Shown piece after piece: positions 27,464 to 41,803 of a stretch of DNA of 64,000 nt. Numbering within the stretch: position 1 is the first letter of the stretch; each line of letters starts with the position of its first letter. The translations under genes and the position numbers were made by a program. Under the pieces are notes generated by a model, which saw only the letters and a list, made by a program, of their open reading frames with translations, ran no database searches and was not told the DNA's origin. This DNA comes from the human T2T-CHM13v2.0 reference genome, Homo sapiens, in assembly GCF_009914755.1 (NCBI RefSeq), contig NC_060939.1; one strand, 5' to 3'.

Positions 27464-27589
27464 GACAGACAAGACCCATTGTTTACACACCCTTCTTCTC
27501 CACCCCGGGTCAGAACGAGTCTTTTCTGTGTTCCTAATACTACTAGCTCTACTATTATCTGGAAGTGTTAACAGCAATAATATGACAAT

Positions 27590-28370
27590 AATTTTAGTAA
27601 CAATTATTAATAGCTCACTTCTGTTGAGTATTTATAGTATGCCAAACACTGCTAAGCCCTTTACCTACTTTATATGCATTTCACTTATATGAATGTTAAT
27701 TTACTTAATCTTCATAATGACCCCACTCAGCAAGTCCTATAAGGATCCTCTGATATGTTGATTACACTAATGGCCACAATTTCTTATCCCTCCCAGTATC
27801 TACACCCTTTGCCATGTAACCCTACCTCCCACTATGGGCAGGGCATCATTTCACCGCTGGCCTGTGGGCTCATCCTTGCAACTGGTTGTGATCAACGTAA
27901 TGTTAGCAAATGGTATACAAGAAGAGGCTTATAAAGCATTTCAGTATTTCTGCTCACCCCTCTGAGATGTCCATGAGCATGTGCCCAGGCTAGCCTGTTG
28001 AAGAGGAACATGGCTGCAGCAGCAAAGCTTGTCACTATAATCAGAGCTGAGATTACATCCTAGATAAGCTCACAACCAGCCAACCCCCAGATATGTAAGT
28101 GAATCCAGAGAAAGGCAAAAGAATTGTCCAGCCAAATCTAACTTAAATTCCTAAACTGCAAACGTATTAGCAAAATAAATGTTTATTGTTTTAAGGCATT
28201 GAGTCTTGGATGGTTTGCTATGAAGCATTGTTACAGCAATAGATAATTGGTATGTGGCCTCATTTTAGATATGAGGGAGATGAGACTTGGAGCCATCCAG
28301 CTAAATGACAATCATCATACAACCAGTAGGAGTTGCAGGTTGGACCAAGTTCTGTTGGACTGTAAAGATA
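27590..28370 (-). mobile_element. MIR split by the MLT1 insertion (27590-27750 and 28253-28370)
   Basis: TAATAGCTCACTTCTGTTGAGTATTTATAGTATGCCAAACACTG...TTAATCTTCATAATGACCC | CCTCATTTTAGATATGAGG. Confidence 0.7.
27751..28252 (+). mobile_element. MLT1G-like MaLR solo LTR
   Basis: AATGGCCACAATTTCTT..CCCTCCCAGTATCTACACCCTTTGCCATGTAAC...AATAAATGTTTATTGTTTTAAGGCATTGAG...GCAATAGATAATTG. Confidence 0.82.
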
Positions 28371-28649
28371 GTTCTCCAATCCATATCTATCTTTCTGTCT
28401 CCCTAGTTTTTAACTGTGGAGTTGAGGACAAGAATAGTAAATGATTATTTGTTTCCTAGTTATCTAGAGTTCCAAGTCACAGTAGAAATCCAATCAATGT
28501 ATGTTGAAATATATTAAGTTAATGTAAAAGGAACTATAAATTCATCTTAAAATGACATAAGCCATACTAACTTTTTTTTTTAATGGACATTGCTTCATTT
28601 GCCACTTCCTTGAAGGACAGGGGAAGTTTTATAGAATGGACATCTTTTA

Positions 28650-28840
28650 AAATACATTAATCTCTGAAATATTTGTGGAGAAATATGACACTTGATATTT
28701 GCTACAAATTAATCCAGGAAAAACAAAGGATTGACAAAACTTGAATAATTGTTGCTGGGTACAGGGGGCTTCACTGTACTCATCTCCCTCCTTTCACATA
28801 AGTTTGAAAATTTTTTCAAACAAAACATTTAAAAGAAAAG
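28650..28840 (+). mobile_element. Old L1M 3' end fragment
   Basis: TTGAATAATTGTTG..GGGTACAGGGGGCTTCACTGTACT...GTTTGAAAATTTTTTC. Confidence 0.6.
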
Positions 28841-29741
28841 TAAAATGCATTTACGAAAGGGCATTCATTTTCAGTCTTATCTAAGATACTAACTTGGTTG
28901 AGTCACTTTACCCTTCCAAGCTTCTATTTGCCCTCTGATAAAGTAAAGATAGTAAGTTTACCGAGCTTTCCCCAAGAGTGTAGTTTTAAAAGTGTAGTAA
29001 TAAGTCTGGCTTCTCTTCCCATCCAGGGCTTGAATAATATACTAGGACCCTTCAACCCCTGGAAATAAGCCATCCACGTAGGTTTACGTCAATGCATTGG
29101 AGTGGAATGTGTCTACCATGCCAGTAAATGATCCCTGGTTGTTTTATTTCACTTTTGGGCATGAACACTTATTTTTATTCTCTGCATACATTCTGGGGAG
29201 TCTTATGCTTAGCGGTACAGCAACATCAATAGACTCTACTGTTCTATTAAGTTTATCAAATACCAGAATATCTTGTAAGCAGCACAGAATTATAAAATCT
29301 GTTCTAGCACATCGCAGAGTGGTTATTTCTGAGAACACTTGGGTTGATACTTATAATTTCATTTAAACTCACTTATTGGCTCACACTTGGAGACTCACCG
29401 GGAGTGCACAAGCATGTCTTCACTCCTGTGCTTTTAATCTTGGGCAGCCAGGGTGCAGCTCTGCTAATTACAAGGGTACCTCCTGACAGCGCCTGTGTAC
29501 CTTGTAAGTCACTCTTCACAAATGATCCACTATTCTTCAAAAGTTACAATTCATGATACTGAGGAACATCTAATCTCTCAGCCCGGCACACAAGAACCTC
29601 TGTGATCTTCCCCCTGTGTCTTTCTCTCTTCATCTTTTGCTTAGTCCTCTAACCACTCCATACACACATATCCACGCACACACACACACACACTCTGACC
29701 CAACAATATGTGATGGTTTGAAATCCCTCATCCGACTATAC

Positions 29742-29832
29742 TTTTTCACATCTATTTGCTTTTGTCTACTTCGCCCTCTTCTTAAATTTTTCACATCTAT
29801 TTGCTTTTGTCTACCTTTGCCTTCTTCTTACA
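29742..29832. repeat. ~45-bp tandem duplication (TTTTTCACATCTATTTGCTTTTGTCTAC...)
   Basis: First 28 bp identical at 29742 and 29787. Confidence 0.9.
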
Positions 29833-29971
29833 TTTTCCTACTCTTCCTACACATATTTTATATCTGCATAGCAAACTCCTATTCGTCTTTCAAAACCCTA
29901 ATTAGGGGTCACCTTCTTGATAAGAATTCACCTGACTTCTCCTCTTGCCGTGGCAATTGTAGCCTCTAGAC

Positions 29972-30191
29972 CAGTGGTTCTCAACTGGGGGTGGTTTCCT
30001 CCCCTAGGGACATTTGGAAATCTCTGGAAGTATTTTTCATCACCACAGCCTGGGGTGGGAGGTTGCTACTGGCATCTAGTTAGCAAAGGTTAGGGGTGCA
30101 GCTCAACATCTTCGAGTGCACAGGACAGTTTTTCATAGCAAATAATTATCTGGCCTACAATGTCAGTGTACCAAGGATGAGGTACACCCTG
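29972..30191 (+). mobile_element. MER20 hAT-Charlie MITE
   Basis: CAGTGGTTCTCAACTGGGG...GGGACATTTGG...TGCTACTGGCATCTAGT...ACCCTG; 8-bp TSD-like CTCTAGAC/TTGTAGAC. Confidence 0.9.
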
Positions 30192-30278
30192 TTGTAGACT
30201 AAAGGGGCATATATAGTCTCTAAGCCTTCTCCATACTGCTTTTATACCTCCTGTATATCTCTATTATTACACATATGA

Positions 30279-30824
<546 letters not shown>

Positions 30825-32046
30825 CACTAAATTATAAACTTCCTGAGAACAAGGTCATTTCTTATCTTACACCTAAGTATCTAGTACATTTGCCTGCACA
30901 AAGTAGGTGTTGATTAAGCATTTATAAAGTGGAATGAAAATCAGAGTAGTGGGGTTTACTTGCGTCAGGCACAGCCTTTCCCTGCCTGGGGACTAGCAGT
31001 GCACATCTGTCTGAGAGCTTGCTGATGTTACAGGCAAAGCCCCTGATCTCTTCATGAAACAGCAAAGCAAACCTGCTCAAACAGTGTGATTACCATGCTG
31101 CTGGCTCCACTAATTCCATATTCCAAATAAAGTGACCAACTACAGGTTTCCTTCCATACGCACTGCGATGCATGCTCCATTCTCTATCTTTGTGTGGACA
31201 TAATGCATTATTTTTGTGTTCATGGTGATGTAAGTGTGACCATCTTGTTCCATAAGGTAGAAATCCCATAATGCCAATTAGTTGTGTGGTACCCTGGTAT
31301 CTCAACAGCATGGTTGGTGAGAACAGGGAGAAATCTATGACTGGGAAAGAGAGCCTAGAGAAAATAACTCAAATACACTGAGGACTCTTTGAAATGGCAG
31401 TTGGATAATCCAGAGAGGAGTGACTGAAGAATATGATAAACTTCTGCATTTATCAGAAAAGGCGTCAGAATAGAAGAATCCTACTTCAGCCAAGAAGAGA
31501 AAAAAGAGCTATGATATAGGGTTATGGTGAAGTTGAATGTGATAATTTGCAAAAGACAGCTTCTGGCACGTAATAGATGCTTAATAAATTCTAGTGGCAA
31601 GTATTACTTTATCCCCATTTCACATATAAGGAAACTGAGACTAAGATAACTTAAGTTACACGGTTTCACAGATAGTAAAATAACTGTGCCACCTTTCAAA
31701 GCCCAGGCTGATCAGCTTCTATTATGCCATAGAGTTGCTACAGTGGAACAGGCACAGGAGTTCGAGTGGAGGCAGCCACAGTTAGGTAGACAAGAGCAGG
31801 ATGGTCTGGGGACATCACTGTGTTCCTGAAAATCTCCCAGTAGATAAGGGGCAGGTTTGAACAGGATTCAACTGGGGTTCAGGCAGCTTTCTACACCCAC
31901 AGGTTACAATAAAGTAAAATATGGAATTTTTATCATGCAAGGTAGATGAGTACACAGGGATGGGTGCAACTCTGTATGTACACGTATGTGGGTGCCAAGG
32001 ACCCAATACAGAAATGAGGGAATCCAGGTCTTAAGAAAGCCAAGTC

Positions 32047-32349
32047 GGCCGGGTGCGATGGCTCACGCCTGTAATCTCAGCACTTTGGGAGGCCAAGGCG
32101 GGCGAATTACCTTAGGTTAGGAATTCAAGACCAGCCTGGCCAACATGGTGAAACCCCGTCTCTACTAAAAATACAAAAATTAGCCGGGTGTAGTGGTGCA
32201 TGCCGGTAATCCCAGCTACTCAGGAGGCTGAGGCAGGAGAATCACTTGAAACTGGGAGGCAGAGGTTGCAGTGAGGCGAGATCATGCCATTGCACTATAG
32301 CCTGGGCAACAGAGTGAGACTCCATCTCAAAAAAAAAAAAAAAAAAAAA
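32047..32349 (+). mobile_element. Alu (AluSx/Sz-like)
   Basis: Full dimer; TSD AAAGCCAAGT on both sides. Confidence 0.97.
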
Positions 32350-32619
32350 GCCAAGTTAATTAAAAACCTGAACTTCGATGAAATGAGGCTGTTGGTGTTC
32401 TTTCTCCAGTCAAGAGTGATGTGGCAACTCAGAGGGCCATTCTGAGAGTCACAGGTCTTAGTAAGTCATATCAAGGAGAGGCCCAGGGGCCTACAAGACC
32501 TGACAGGCATCACTTTATCTATGAAATGTGAGTTCTATCTTGTATTGCCCCAGTCACACCTCCAATCATACTCTCTTCAGAAGGCAGATGCAATCATTTT
32601 CTGCTGTACTAACAGACTG

Positions 32620-32830
32620 GTTTGCAGAGAGAGAAAATGCTCCATGGTGCAAACCCAGAATTTGAGGCCAAATAAATCTGGGTTCAAAACTCAGGGCTGC
32701 CACTGCTACTGGGAAATAACTAACCTCTCTGATGTGATGCTAAGATTACTGTCTTGCGTAGTTGATTGAAGATAAAATAAATGCCAAGCACAAGGTAAGT
32801 AAGTACTCAATAACTAATGCATATTATAGT
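32620..32830 (+). mobile_element. MIR
   Basis: TCTGGGTTCAAAACTCAGGGCTGCCACTGCTA...TAAGTACTCAATAA. Confidence 0.65.
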
Positions 32831-33491
32831 TATTATTCACCTCCTGGTCTGATTTCTAGTTGTCTCGAAGCCTCAGACCTAATGTTATTTACTTCAGATA
32901 CAGTTTGCAGCAATGTGTTTATTACAGTGGCCCACTTCTCACCTCAAAACATGCTGCTATGTTAGGCAGGCTGTCAGTTCAGAATATTCAACTACAACAC
33001 ACAGACAAGTTGCTACTCAATGGACTGTTGTTTTAGCTTTTAATTTTGTGGTTTCAAAATAACTGTGCCTTCTACTCTTATCCATTTCTACCTCCCATGT
33101 TATGTGCTATTCTGGGCCATCTAGCCCTGGTGGCTGACTGACTTCTATCAGCCTAAATACTTTGAGCAGTTACAGCTCATCGGGCCTGGATGCTCCTTAA
33201 ATTTCTTGTGTTTCCAGGCCATTGGCTAATAGTGTTCCCTCCACTTTATCATATTGATGGTATTATCATTACACTTTCTTCTCAACCACAATTCTGCCAA
33301 TGTCATTCCATCCTAATGTACACCATCTACACAATAAGAGTGTGCCCCAGACACCAGCCTGTCAGCATCAGGGCTTTCTACACAGGCAACAGTAATGACA
33401 CTGGCACGCATCAGCTCCTCTTCAGAAACATGGCTACAGAGGCAGTCTTGTCTTTCTTTGTGGCTCTGCATCTCATCCTTTGTCAACCTTA

Positions 33492-33806
<315 letters not shown>

Positions 33807-35754
33807 GGGGAGACCAAAAAAACATTGGTACAGAAAACCTGGGTTTTAGCAAGCTCAGAGTCCATGACTTCCACCCAGATCCTATTCATGCATGATTCCA
33901 TTCTTCCTACCTATGGGCTGGGAAATAGTCTAAGTATGGAGAAAGCATGGTCTTTCAGTATTTCTGGAAACAACAGACTCCACTTGCATAAACCCCTATA
34001 TGATGCCAACATGCTTTATTAATCTGTTTCATTGGCCTCTTCGGATCTTTATTTTTAACCTTTCAAATTTACCTCTTCTGTGGCATACTCATTCTTACTG
34101 CAGCCCCTTTGATGAGTTAAAAAAGATACCAGCACAACTGGGAAACTGCCCTCTAACTTAGAAAGCCCATCTGCCAGGTAAAGTACTGAACTCTACCAAT
34201 TAATAAAAGCATTATCCCCATACTCCACCAGAACCCACATGTCCTTGGGTTAATTGCCCAATTGCCCAACCCATCACCAAGGCTTGCCCTGCCCAACCCA
34301 AGGCTTGCATTGACTCTGTTTTCCTCCCACTCAGTCTCCCTTATCTGACCCCTGCTGCCAAGCCCCATACTACTGCCTTCCAATCAAACACCTTCTTTCA
34401 CCAGCAGAAGCCAAAATCTTGGACTCCACAAATTAGCAAGAAAGAGCAATATCATCAGGATGCAGCTAAACCATTCCTAGGCCTGCCCTCTCCTTGTGCC
34501 TGGAGATCCCTTGATAGAGTCTACGTTTTGCCTTCTTATCTCTACTCTTGGTGCTTGTGGTCTCTCACTGGCCTGTACTCATAGAGGGAAAAATAAAGGC
34601 ATGTTATGGTTGGGGTAAATTCACCTCAATGAAAAATAAGCAGAACTTCTCTTCAGAAGGAACGAAACTGTCAGTCATGCAGAATGGCCAGCTCAATTTT
34701 GACCAAAGGCTAATATTTTATTATATAAACTGAAAGTTTTCAAATCCACTCATGGTTCAAAAATCAAAGGGCCTGCAGACAATCCCCATGGCTCTTGATG
34801 CCCAGCCACTGTCCTGAACTTGAATAATACACAAGGTTAAATTGTATACTGGAGCAGAATTTACAGTGTCACAGTGATGTGGAGCCTTTTGGGAAGGCAG
34901 TCAAGATTAGAATACAATGGTTCTCCACAGGTGAGACTGGTAGATAGGCCTCTTGCAAAGGGAGGCCCAGCATTATATTAAATCCAGCAAATGTATCCCA
35001 CACTCCTAACTCAGAATTAAGCTTTAGAGATTGCAGGAATCACTGATAAAGTGATCAATTACTACCCATGATGAAAATGCAGTTTGCAGACCAAGAGTCT
35101 CTTGGCTTTCAAAAGGAATACTCCTGGAAGTTTGCTAGTGACAATTAATCCCAACACTTTTTTCTTAGGACTTAAGCAAGGACCAAAGAATATTTTCCAC
35201 CTTATTACCAGAAAAAAATAAAAAAAAAAACTTCAGATTCAGCCTTGAGCTGCTTTGACTTAGAAGCATTACAGGAACTCCTTCCTTGGCCCCCTTTCTG
35301 GGCCCCTTCTTGACCCAGTCCAGAACTAGGGGCCCATTTGGTGAAAAACTGGGTCTGCCGAGGAAGCTCTGAGCACACAGCTCCTGAAAGGGTGACAGAG
35401 CTCTCAGCCTAGCTCACCCCCTGTCCCTGTAGAGCATGGGCAAGGGAAGGCATGTTGGAGAGTGGCTTTCAGTCCTGCCACAGAGGGACTGGGCATGGAG
35501 TGTAGGCACAAAGTGAGAGCTGGCCCAAAGGCAGTCAGGCTGGTGGGCAAGGAAAGAGTCAAGAGCCCAGGCTGCCCATGAGCAGGGACCAATCTGCTGC
35601 TCCATCACTGGTGAAGCCATGTCTCCCTTTCCCAAACCCCACCATCACTACAACTTTCTCTCTTGCCTCTAGCTCCAATGCAGTGTCCATGATGTTTATT
35701 TCCACTTATTTATTGAGGCCTTAAGAAACTCTTAACGGGCTTTCATTCTTTGTA

Positions 35755-36000
35755 TTGATAATAACAACTAAATTTATTGAATAGGGGTCAGAAACTACAT
35801 TAAGTACTTCAACTGAAATGTTTTTTTAAAACCTCACAACAACAACAAAGTAGACAGCATAATTATGCCATTTTTCAGACTGGAAAATGAGGCTCAAAGA
35901 CAGTAAAATACTTGCCCCAGGACATGCAGCTACCAGTGGTGGGAAAGAGATTACAACTCAAATCTATCCGATTCCAAAGTGCAGAACTTAGGCCACTGTT
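35755..36000 (-). mobile_element. MIR
   Basis: ATTTATTGAA...CCTCACAAC...CCATTTTTCAGACTGGAAAATGAGGCTCAAAGA...ACTTGCCCCAGGAC. Confidence 0.8.
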
Positions 36001-36284
36001 CTAGTGTCTTGCAAACTGTATCCCAGGGAATGCTAGTATCCTGCTTAACAAAAACCTGTAGAGTTAAGAATGCATAAAAAAGCTGTACATTTTATTACCC
36101 CTATATTTGAAGAAGCCCCACTACAACATCAGCAAGGCTAGTGGTCCATGGAACATAGTTTGGAATACTCTGCTCTTAGAAATACTGATTCTATGTAGCT
36201 AAGCTACTGGGAAGAGGGGGATACATAAGGTCTGAGTTCATTCCGAATATTCAGCAAGTCATGGGGGTGAGTGTGGTGGCAATA

Positions 36285-36500
36285 AGAGCAATGACCATTT
36301 ATTGTATCTCTAATTTTGTGTTGGTGGCACTTTGTAAATATTAACATACATAATTTTCATAATACTACAGTTTGAACAGTATGATTCCCATTTTACACAT
36401 GAGAAACCTAAGGATGGCTCAAATAATTTAAGTAACTTGCTGAGGGCATCAGAGCTACTAAGTAGTAGAGTTTACACTCAACTCACACTTTGCAGCCCAG
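36285..36500 (-). mobile_element. MIR
   Basis: ATTCCCATTTTACACATGAGAAACCTAAGG...TTAAGTAACTTGC. Confidence 0.75.
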
Positions 36501-36685
36501 AGATTGAGAACAGCAGGAAACCATTCCCATTACCATGAAGGCAGAGGAGATGATGGAGGCTGTACAGAGTCCAGGAGCTGGGTCAACAGGTAGAAGCTGG
36601 AGGCACAGGGGGCCTGATCACTGGGAGCTGGAGGAACTGCCAGAAATGTCATTAGAAGCAGAGAGAATGAGAAATAACTTGGCTT

Positions 36686-37105
36686 TGTCAATCTACAAGG
36701 AAGAAACTGAAGCAAAGTTAATATAAGTAAAGAGTTTATTTGGTCTAAGCTTAAGGATTGCAACCCAAAAGCATAGATTCAAGCTGCCCTGAATATACAT
36801 GCCAATTAGCAGCATTTATAAGTGGATTTTTAAAAGGAAAAGCAGCAATTCCTAAGTGGTTTACCAAGAATTTACATTAAAATAACATAAGCTATTGATT
36901 GGCTATACACTGCAACACAGATTCCAGGAACATGAAGATAATGGGTGAGACAGCTGGTCAGGAACAATATGACTTTAAACAATCACCCCCAGGCATGGGC
37001 ATGTGTGTGTGGAGGTGTGGTGCAACTGAAGTCCCATGCTCACACCTCTCTAGACCTGCATAGTTTACATAACTCAAACTGCACTGAACTATTTTTCTTT
37101 TCTCA
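36686..37105 (-). repeat. 3' LTR of the minus-strand provirus
   Basis: Minus strand TGAGAAAAGAAAAATAG...AATAAA...TGACA; aligns to 41804-42284. Confidence 0.88.
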
Positions 37106-39415
37106 TTTCCCCCACTGTTAATCAAAAATCTTCCCATGGAAGCACTGATAACCAATCTCTGCTTAGGCCTTCATACCTCAGTGCTACGACAGTCCTCAGT
37201 CAAGTCTCTGATTTATATAACTGTCATTGCTTGTTGAATCATCTCCAGTCTTCAGAATTTCATGCTTTTGGTTTTCTCAGAAGTAAAACAATGAGAGATG
37301 CATAGTAAAAACCTATTCCAACAGAGATTCATTCCAAATTGTATGAAAACAATAAAATCTGAAAAACAAAGATCTGGGCTGCGGTCTGATAACAGATGTA
37401 CCATAATTTTCTTCTGAAACGTAATTTTTTCTCCTTCCAGTCCCCATTTTTACCAAAGATAAACTTTTATAGGATAAATATACTTGCAAAATAAGTTTTA
37501 GTATCATACTTAGCCTTATCATTTGCATAAAGTACAAGAATAGTTATTGGCCATATAGGCTCTTTTAAGTTGGCTGTGCTGAAACTTTAAAAAATCTTGA
37601 GGCTAGGAAGCCAAGGCAAAGGTTCACTACTAGACTATGCTATGCCTGTAATACCTGTACAAATAGGGTGAATGTTACTCAAGTCTCCAAAATACCTTGA
37701 GCTACCCAGGCCTGTCAAAAAGTGATATTCTTTACTTACTTCAAGGTCAGAAACCTTGAAAGAAAATTGTGTAGACAAGGTACCAGGCAAGTCTTTTTAA
37801 GGGGCTTTCTCTATTGGCTCTATAAAGTTAACCTCAATTTTTCAAAGCAGTCTGGTCATATCTGAAAATATGCCATTCTAGTCAATTCCTTGGTTAAACA
37901 ACCAGTGTCTCCAATTGTGTCCCGTTAAAGAAAACAGATTCTTATTGAATTTATGCAAATAACTAGATTGCCATAAAATAAGAATACTCATGAATAGTCT
38001 CCAAATCTAAGGGAAACCAGGTAGAGCGAAAGGCAAATGTTTTAATTTTGCTCACATAGGTGTATTTTTCCCAATTGCCACAAACTATAAATAGCTCAGT
38101 AGTTTTCTTGACTGAGAAAATGTAAAAATAATCAACAATGTTTCAAAAAAAGTCATAAATGTCACTTCACTCTTCTAGCAGTTTAGTCCTATGTAATCTA
38201 ATTTTTGTTCTGCATGAGGCTGGGTTAGCAATCTTTATGAATGCATCAGTTTATTAGAGTTCTGAAAATTTTTATCTAGTCTTATGATAATTATATAATC
38301 TCTAAAGTTATAAGAAACCTGTATTCAAGAGTACTTTTTAGGGTCTTTTCCCATTAATTTTCTTGAAGAAAAAGCAAAATTTGGACTGTGGCCAACTGTG
38401 AACTGATCTGGAGAAGAATTAAAGTAAAACAATAATTTTCTGTGGATTACAAAGGACTTAGAGTAGCCATAGTTAAAGACAAAGTTGACAAGGAAATCTG
38501 GCTATTTCTGTGGCATAAAAAAAGTTAATGTCATAACCATAATTATGTCTGACAAGACATATCAAGACATATCAGAATTTTAGGAATCTCATATAATTAT
38601 GGAACACATATTAATAACATATCCATATAAATGTAACTTAAAAAAAAGTTAAGCTCCATTTCTTATTTGACAAAGCTTCCTGTATGATTTTTAGCATACA
38701 AAATAAGCCTAATATGTCTCTCTGGGACTTACAGGGGTTCCACTTGGAAAAGACTTAGTTTTAAAATTTGAAACTTGATTTTGGGAAGTATGTTAAATAT
38801 TAAATGTTTAAAACACTTGATGAAAATAAGACTACAGGCCACTGTAAAATAATACTCATTCATTTAGCCAAAATGATACTTCAAGATTTCAACAAGTAAA
38901 ACCTTTCCTTTTTGATAGGAGGCTCAGCTTTCCAAACAATCAAAAGGCCTTATAAAGACACCATAAGACCAACAGAATTTGTTTTTCCTTTTTTTTTAAG
39001 TTTACTCAAAAGATGAACAAATCTTTTATTATCTTTTATTAATATGATGTGAAAATTTTATTCAAACCAAATTCTACCATTTCATCAGTATATTATTAAA
39101 GCTAAAGCTAATTTTAATGAAACCTTAAAAACAAATTCATCCAATCTCAATCAGCTTTAACAACACAAGATAGGGTTTCCAGAAACCTTTTATAACCTCT
39201 TACAATTTTCCATTATAGAGTAGATCAATGCTCAAAAAAAATCCTGTTATCCTAACACAGGGACATTGCATTAATTTGCTCTTGATAATAATGCTCAAAT
39301 TTTAGAAAAACTAAGTAAATCCCTTATAATGTTAACCAATTTGATCACAGACAAAATTCCTTTTATGAGATAAATCTTTTACAACTTGCTCAAACTTCCC
39401 ATTTTTTTCCTGTAC

Positions 39416-39717
<302 letters not shown>

Positions 39718-40335
39718 TGTATTTCATTTTTTACACTGGCATTCTAACTAAAGAAAAAAAATTACTTTCCTTTTCCTCTTATCATTTTGACCAAACTTAT
39801 CAATCATATAAAAGAAAAAAATTACTTTTTTACTTTTTTTACATCTTACTTTCTTTACATGCTCTGTATATAGTTTTCCTTATACCTAGTGTTTTAATTA
39901 TATCTATCTATCTATTATCATTTTAACTTTTAGTAACCCTTTCTGTACAACACTCAGGAGGTGATTTTGAACTGTTTTATACCAGTATTTGTAGATGAAA
40001 CAATTTTATAATTTTAAGAAAGGTATTTTCTCAACTTTTATTAATAGATCTAAATATATTTAGCTTTTCTAGACTGCATAAATGGCTCAGATATTTTGTG
40101 ATTATTATTTAATATACATGACTTTAAGGTTAAGTTTCTGAAAAAGACTTTTGAAATGATAAAAGTTTATACTTTTATTCCATTTACATTCATTTATTTA
40201 TTCTTAACAATTATGCTTTAATAGTTTATTGAACAAAATTTACCATCTAGTTATTTGTTAATCATTTACACAGGCTGTGAAACCCTAAAGTTATAAATAC
40301 ATAGGTATTTTGCTGATCAGAAGACACACCTGTGG

Positions 40336-40563
40336 GGGTGGGTACAGTGGCTCACACCCATAATCCCAGCACTTTGGGAGCTGAGGTAGGCGGACCACTT
40401 GAGGCTAGGAGTTCAAGACCAGCCTGGCCAACATGGTGAAACAGCATCTCTACTAAAAATACAAAAATTAGCCGGGCGTGGTAGTACACACCTGTAATCC
40501 CAGCTACTCAGGAGCCTGAAGCATGAGAATTGCTTGAACCCAGGAGAAAGAGGTTGCAGTGAG
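40336..40563 (+). mobile_element. 3'-truncated AluS (no A tail)
   Basis: Alu sequence stops at GAGGTTGCAGTGAG and runs straight into ERV internal sequence. Confidence 0.92.
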
Positions 40564-41403
40564 AAGTGGAAAGAACAAGTCTTAGAGGAGCAAATTTGGA
40601 GAGATTTTAACCTTTCTAAAAGTCCAATGGAACATTTTTCTCAGCAAAATCATGCCAACAAGATAAGTAGCAAATGAGGTTGCAGTTGACTGAAAAAGAC
40701 AATCCCAGAAACAGTATCCAAAAGAGAAAAAAGCAGAAAGGCTTTCTAAAAGAATTATAGTCTAAATATCAGCTTTTAATTGGGCTGACTTCTGACTATA
40801 GAAGTCAGAGAAAAAAAAAATTGAAATTCTTATCAGATTTCAGCCAGGACAAACACAAGTTAGGTCTCTCATTCAGTTTTTCTGGCTCTAAAGCCAGCTT
40901 TTTTTCCCCAATTCTGCATGCAGATGAATTACTTTAGACATTTCAGAGGCTCACTATTTTGACTTATGCTGCTTATGACTGTCCTAGGTTAGGTGGGTCC
41001 ACTTTTCTAAATATTTACAACAGGATATGCTATAAGTGTTATACATAAATACAGCTGGTGTTTCTAAAAAGAGTGGTCAGATTTTAAAGCTTGATTTCCC
41101 ATAATTTAGAAACTTTTCCAAAGTGATCGCGGCTGGGAATGTGTTTAGGGTTGAAGTGCAATGTGTCTCAAACTGTCTCTAACTGCTAGGTGGCAGCAGA
41201 CTGTTCAAGAGATAGGGGACTAGACCCTCATATACTCATCTGAAACAGCCAAAGGGGGTACACTTTCCAGTTAGAAACTAACATGAATGGGTCAAAATGA
41301 AAGGCTAAGTCTGAATTTTCAAGCAATAGAAAACAGTTACAATCTTAAAACCATGCTATGTAAAATGAAACCACCAGTGCCTAACTGCCAATCCTTTAAC
41401 TCA

Positions 41404-41515
41404 AACCTCTGCTGTGAGACAGAGGCAGAAAAACCTTACCCCTAACCTCTGAGGCTGAGGCAGAGGCAGAAAAACCTTGGCCTGAACCTCTATGGTGAGA
41501 GAGGTAGAAAAAAGG
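41404..41515. repeat. Three ~40-bp tandem units, each a 6-bp stem-loop
   Basis: AACCTCTG..CAGAGGCAGAAAAACC units at 41404, 41444 and 41485. Confidence 0.85.
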
Positions 41516-41803
41516 AAGTTCTTTGCAGAGCTCTTCACCCAAATCTCCCATCCAAATACAGAGACCAAAGCCCTCACTCTTAAAAAAAAAAAAAAAAAGA
41601 AAGAAAGAAGATTTGAAAACTAGAAAACTAGCCCAAATAAAGTCTAGGCCTTCAACCAAAGAGTGTGAGGTCCAAATTCAGAACTCACCCAAAACACCCA
41701 ATGAGCCTTCTGAAGACAGGGAGTTTGTGCTTGTACCAAGTGCACTTTTCAAAGAGAGAGAGCAAGTGGTTGGTGGCGTCACTGAGTTCTGCTAAGACAG
41801 ATG

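Noticed and set aside
36535-36726. ATG-initiated 63-aa acidic ORF
   Set aside because: Spans an old LTR-like remnant and the end of an ERV LTR; no homology recognised
41761-41803. Primer-binding site for the minus-strand provirus
   Set aside because: Minus strand reads CATCTGTCTTAGCAGAACTC...; I cannot match it confidently to any tRNA 3' end
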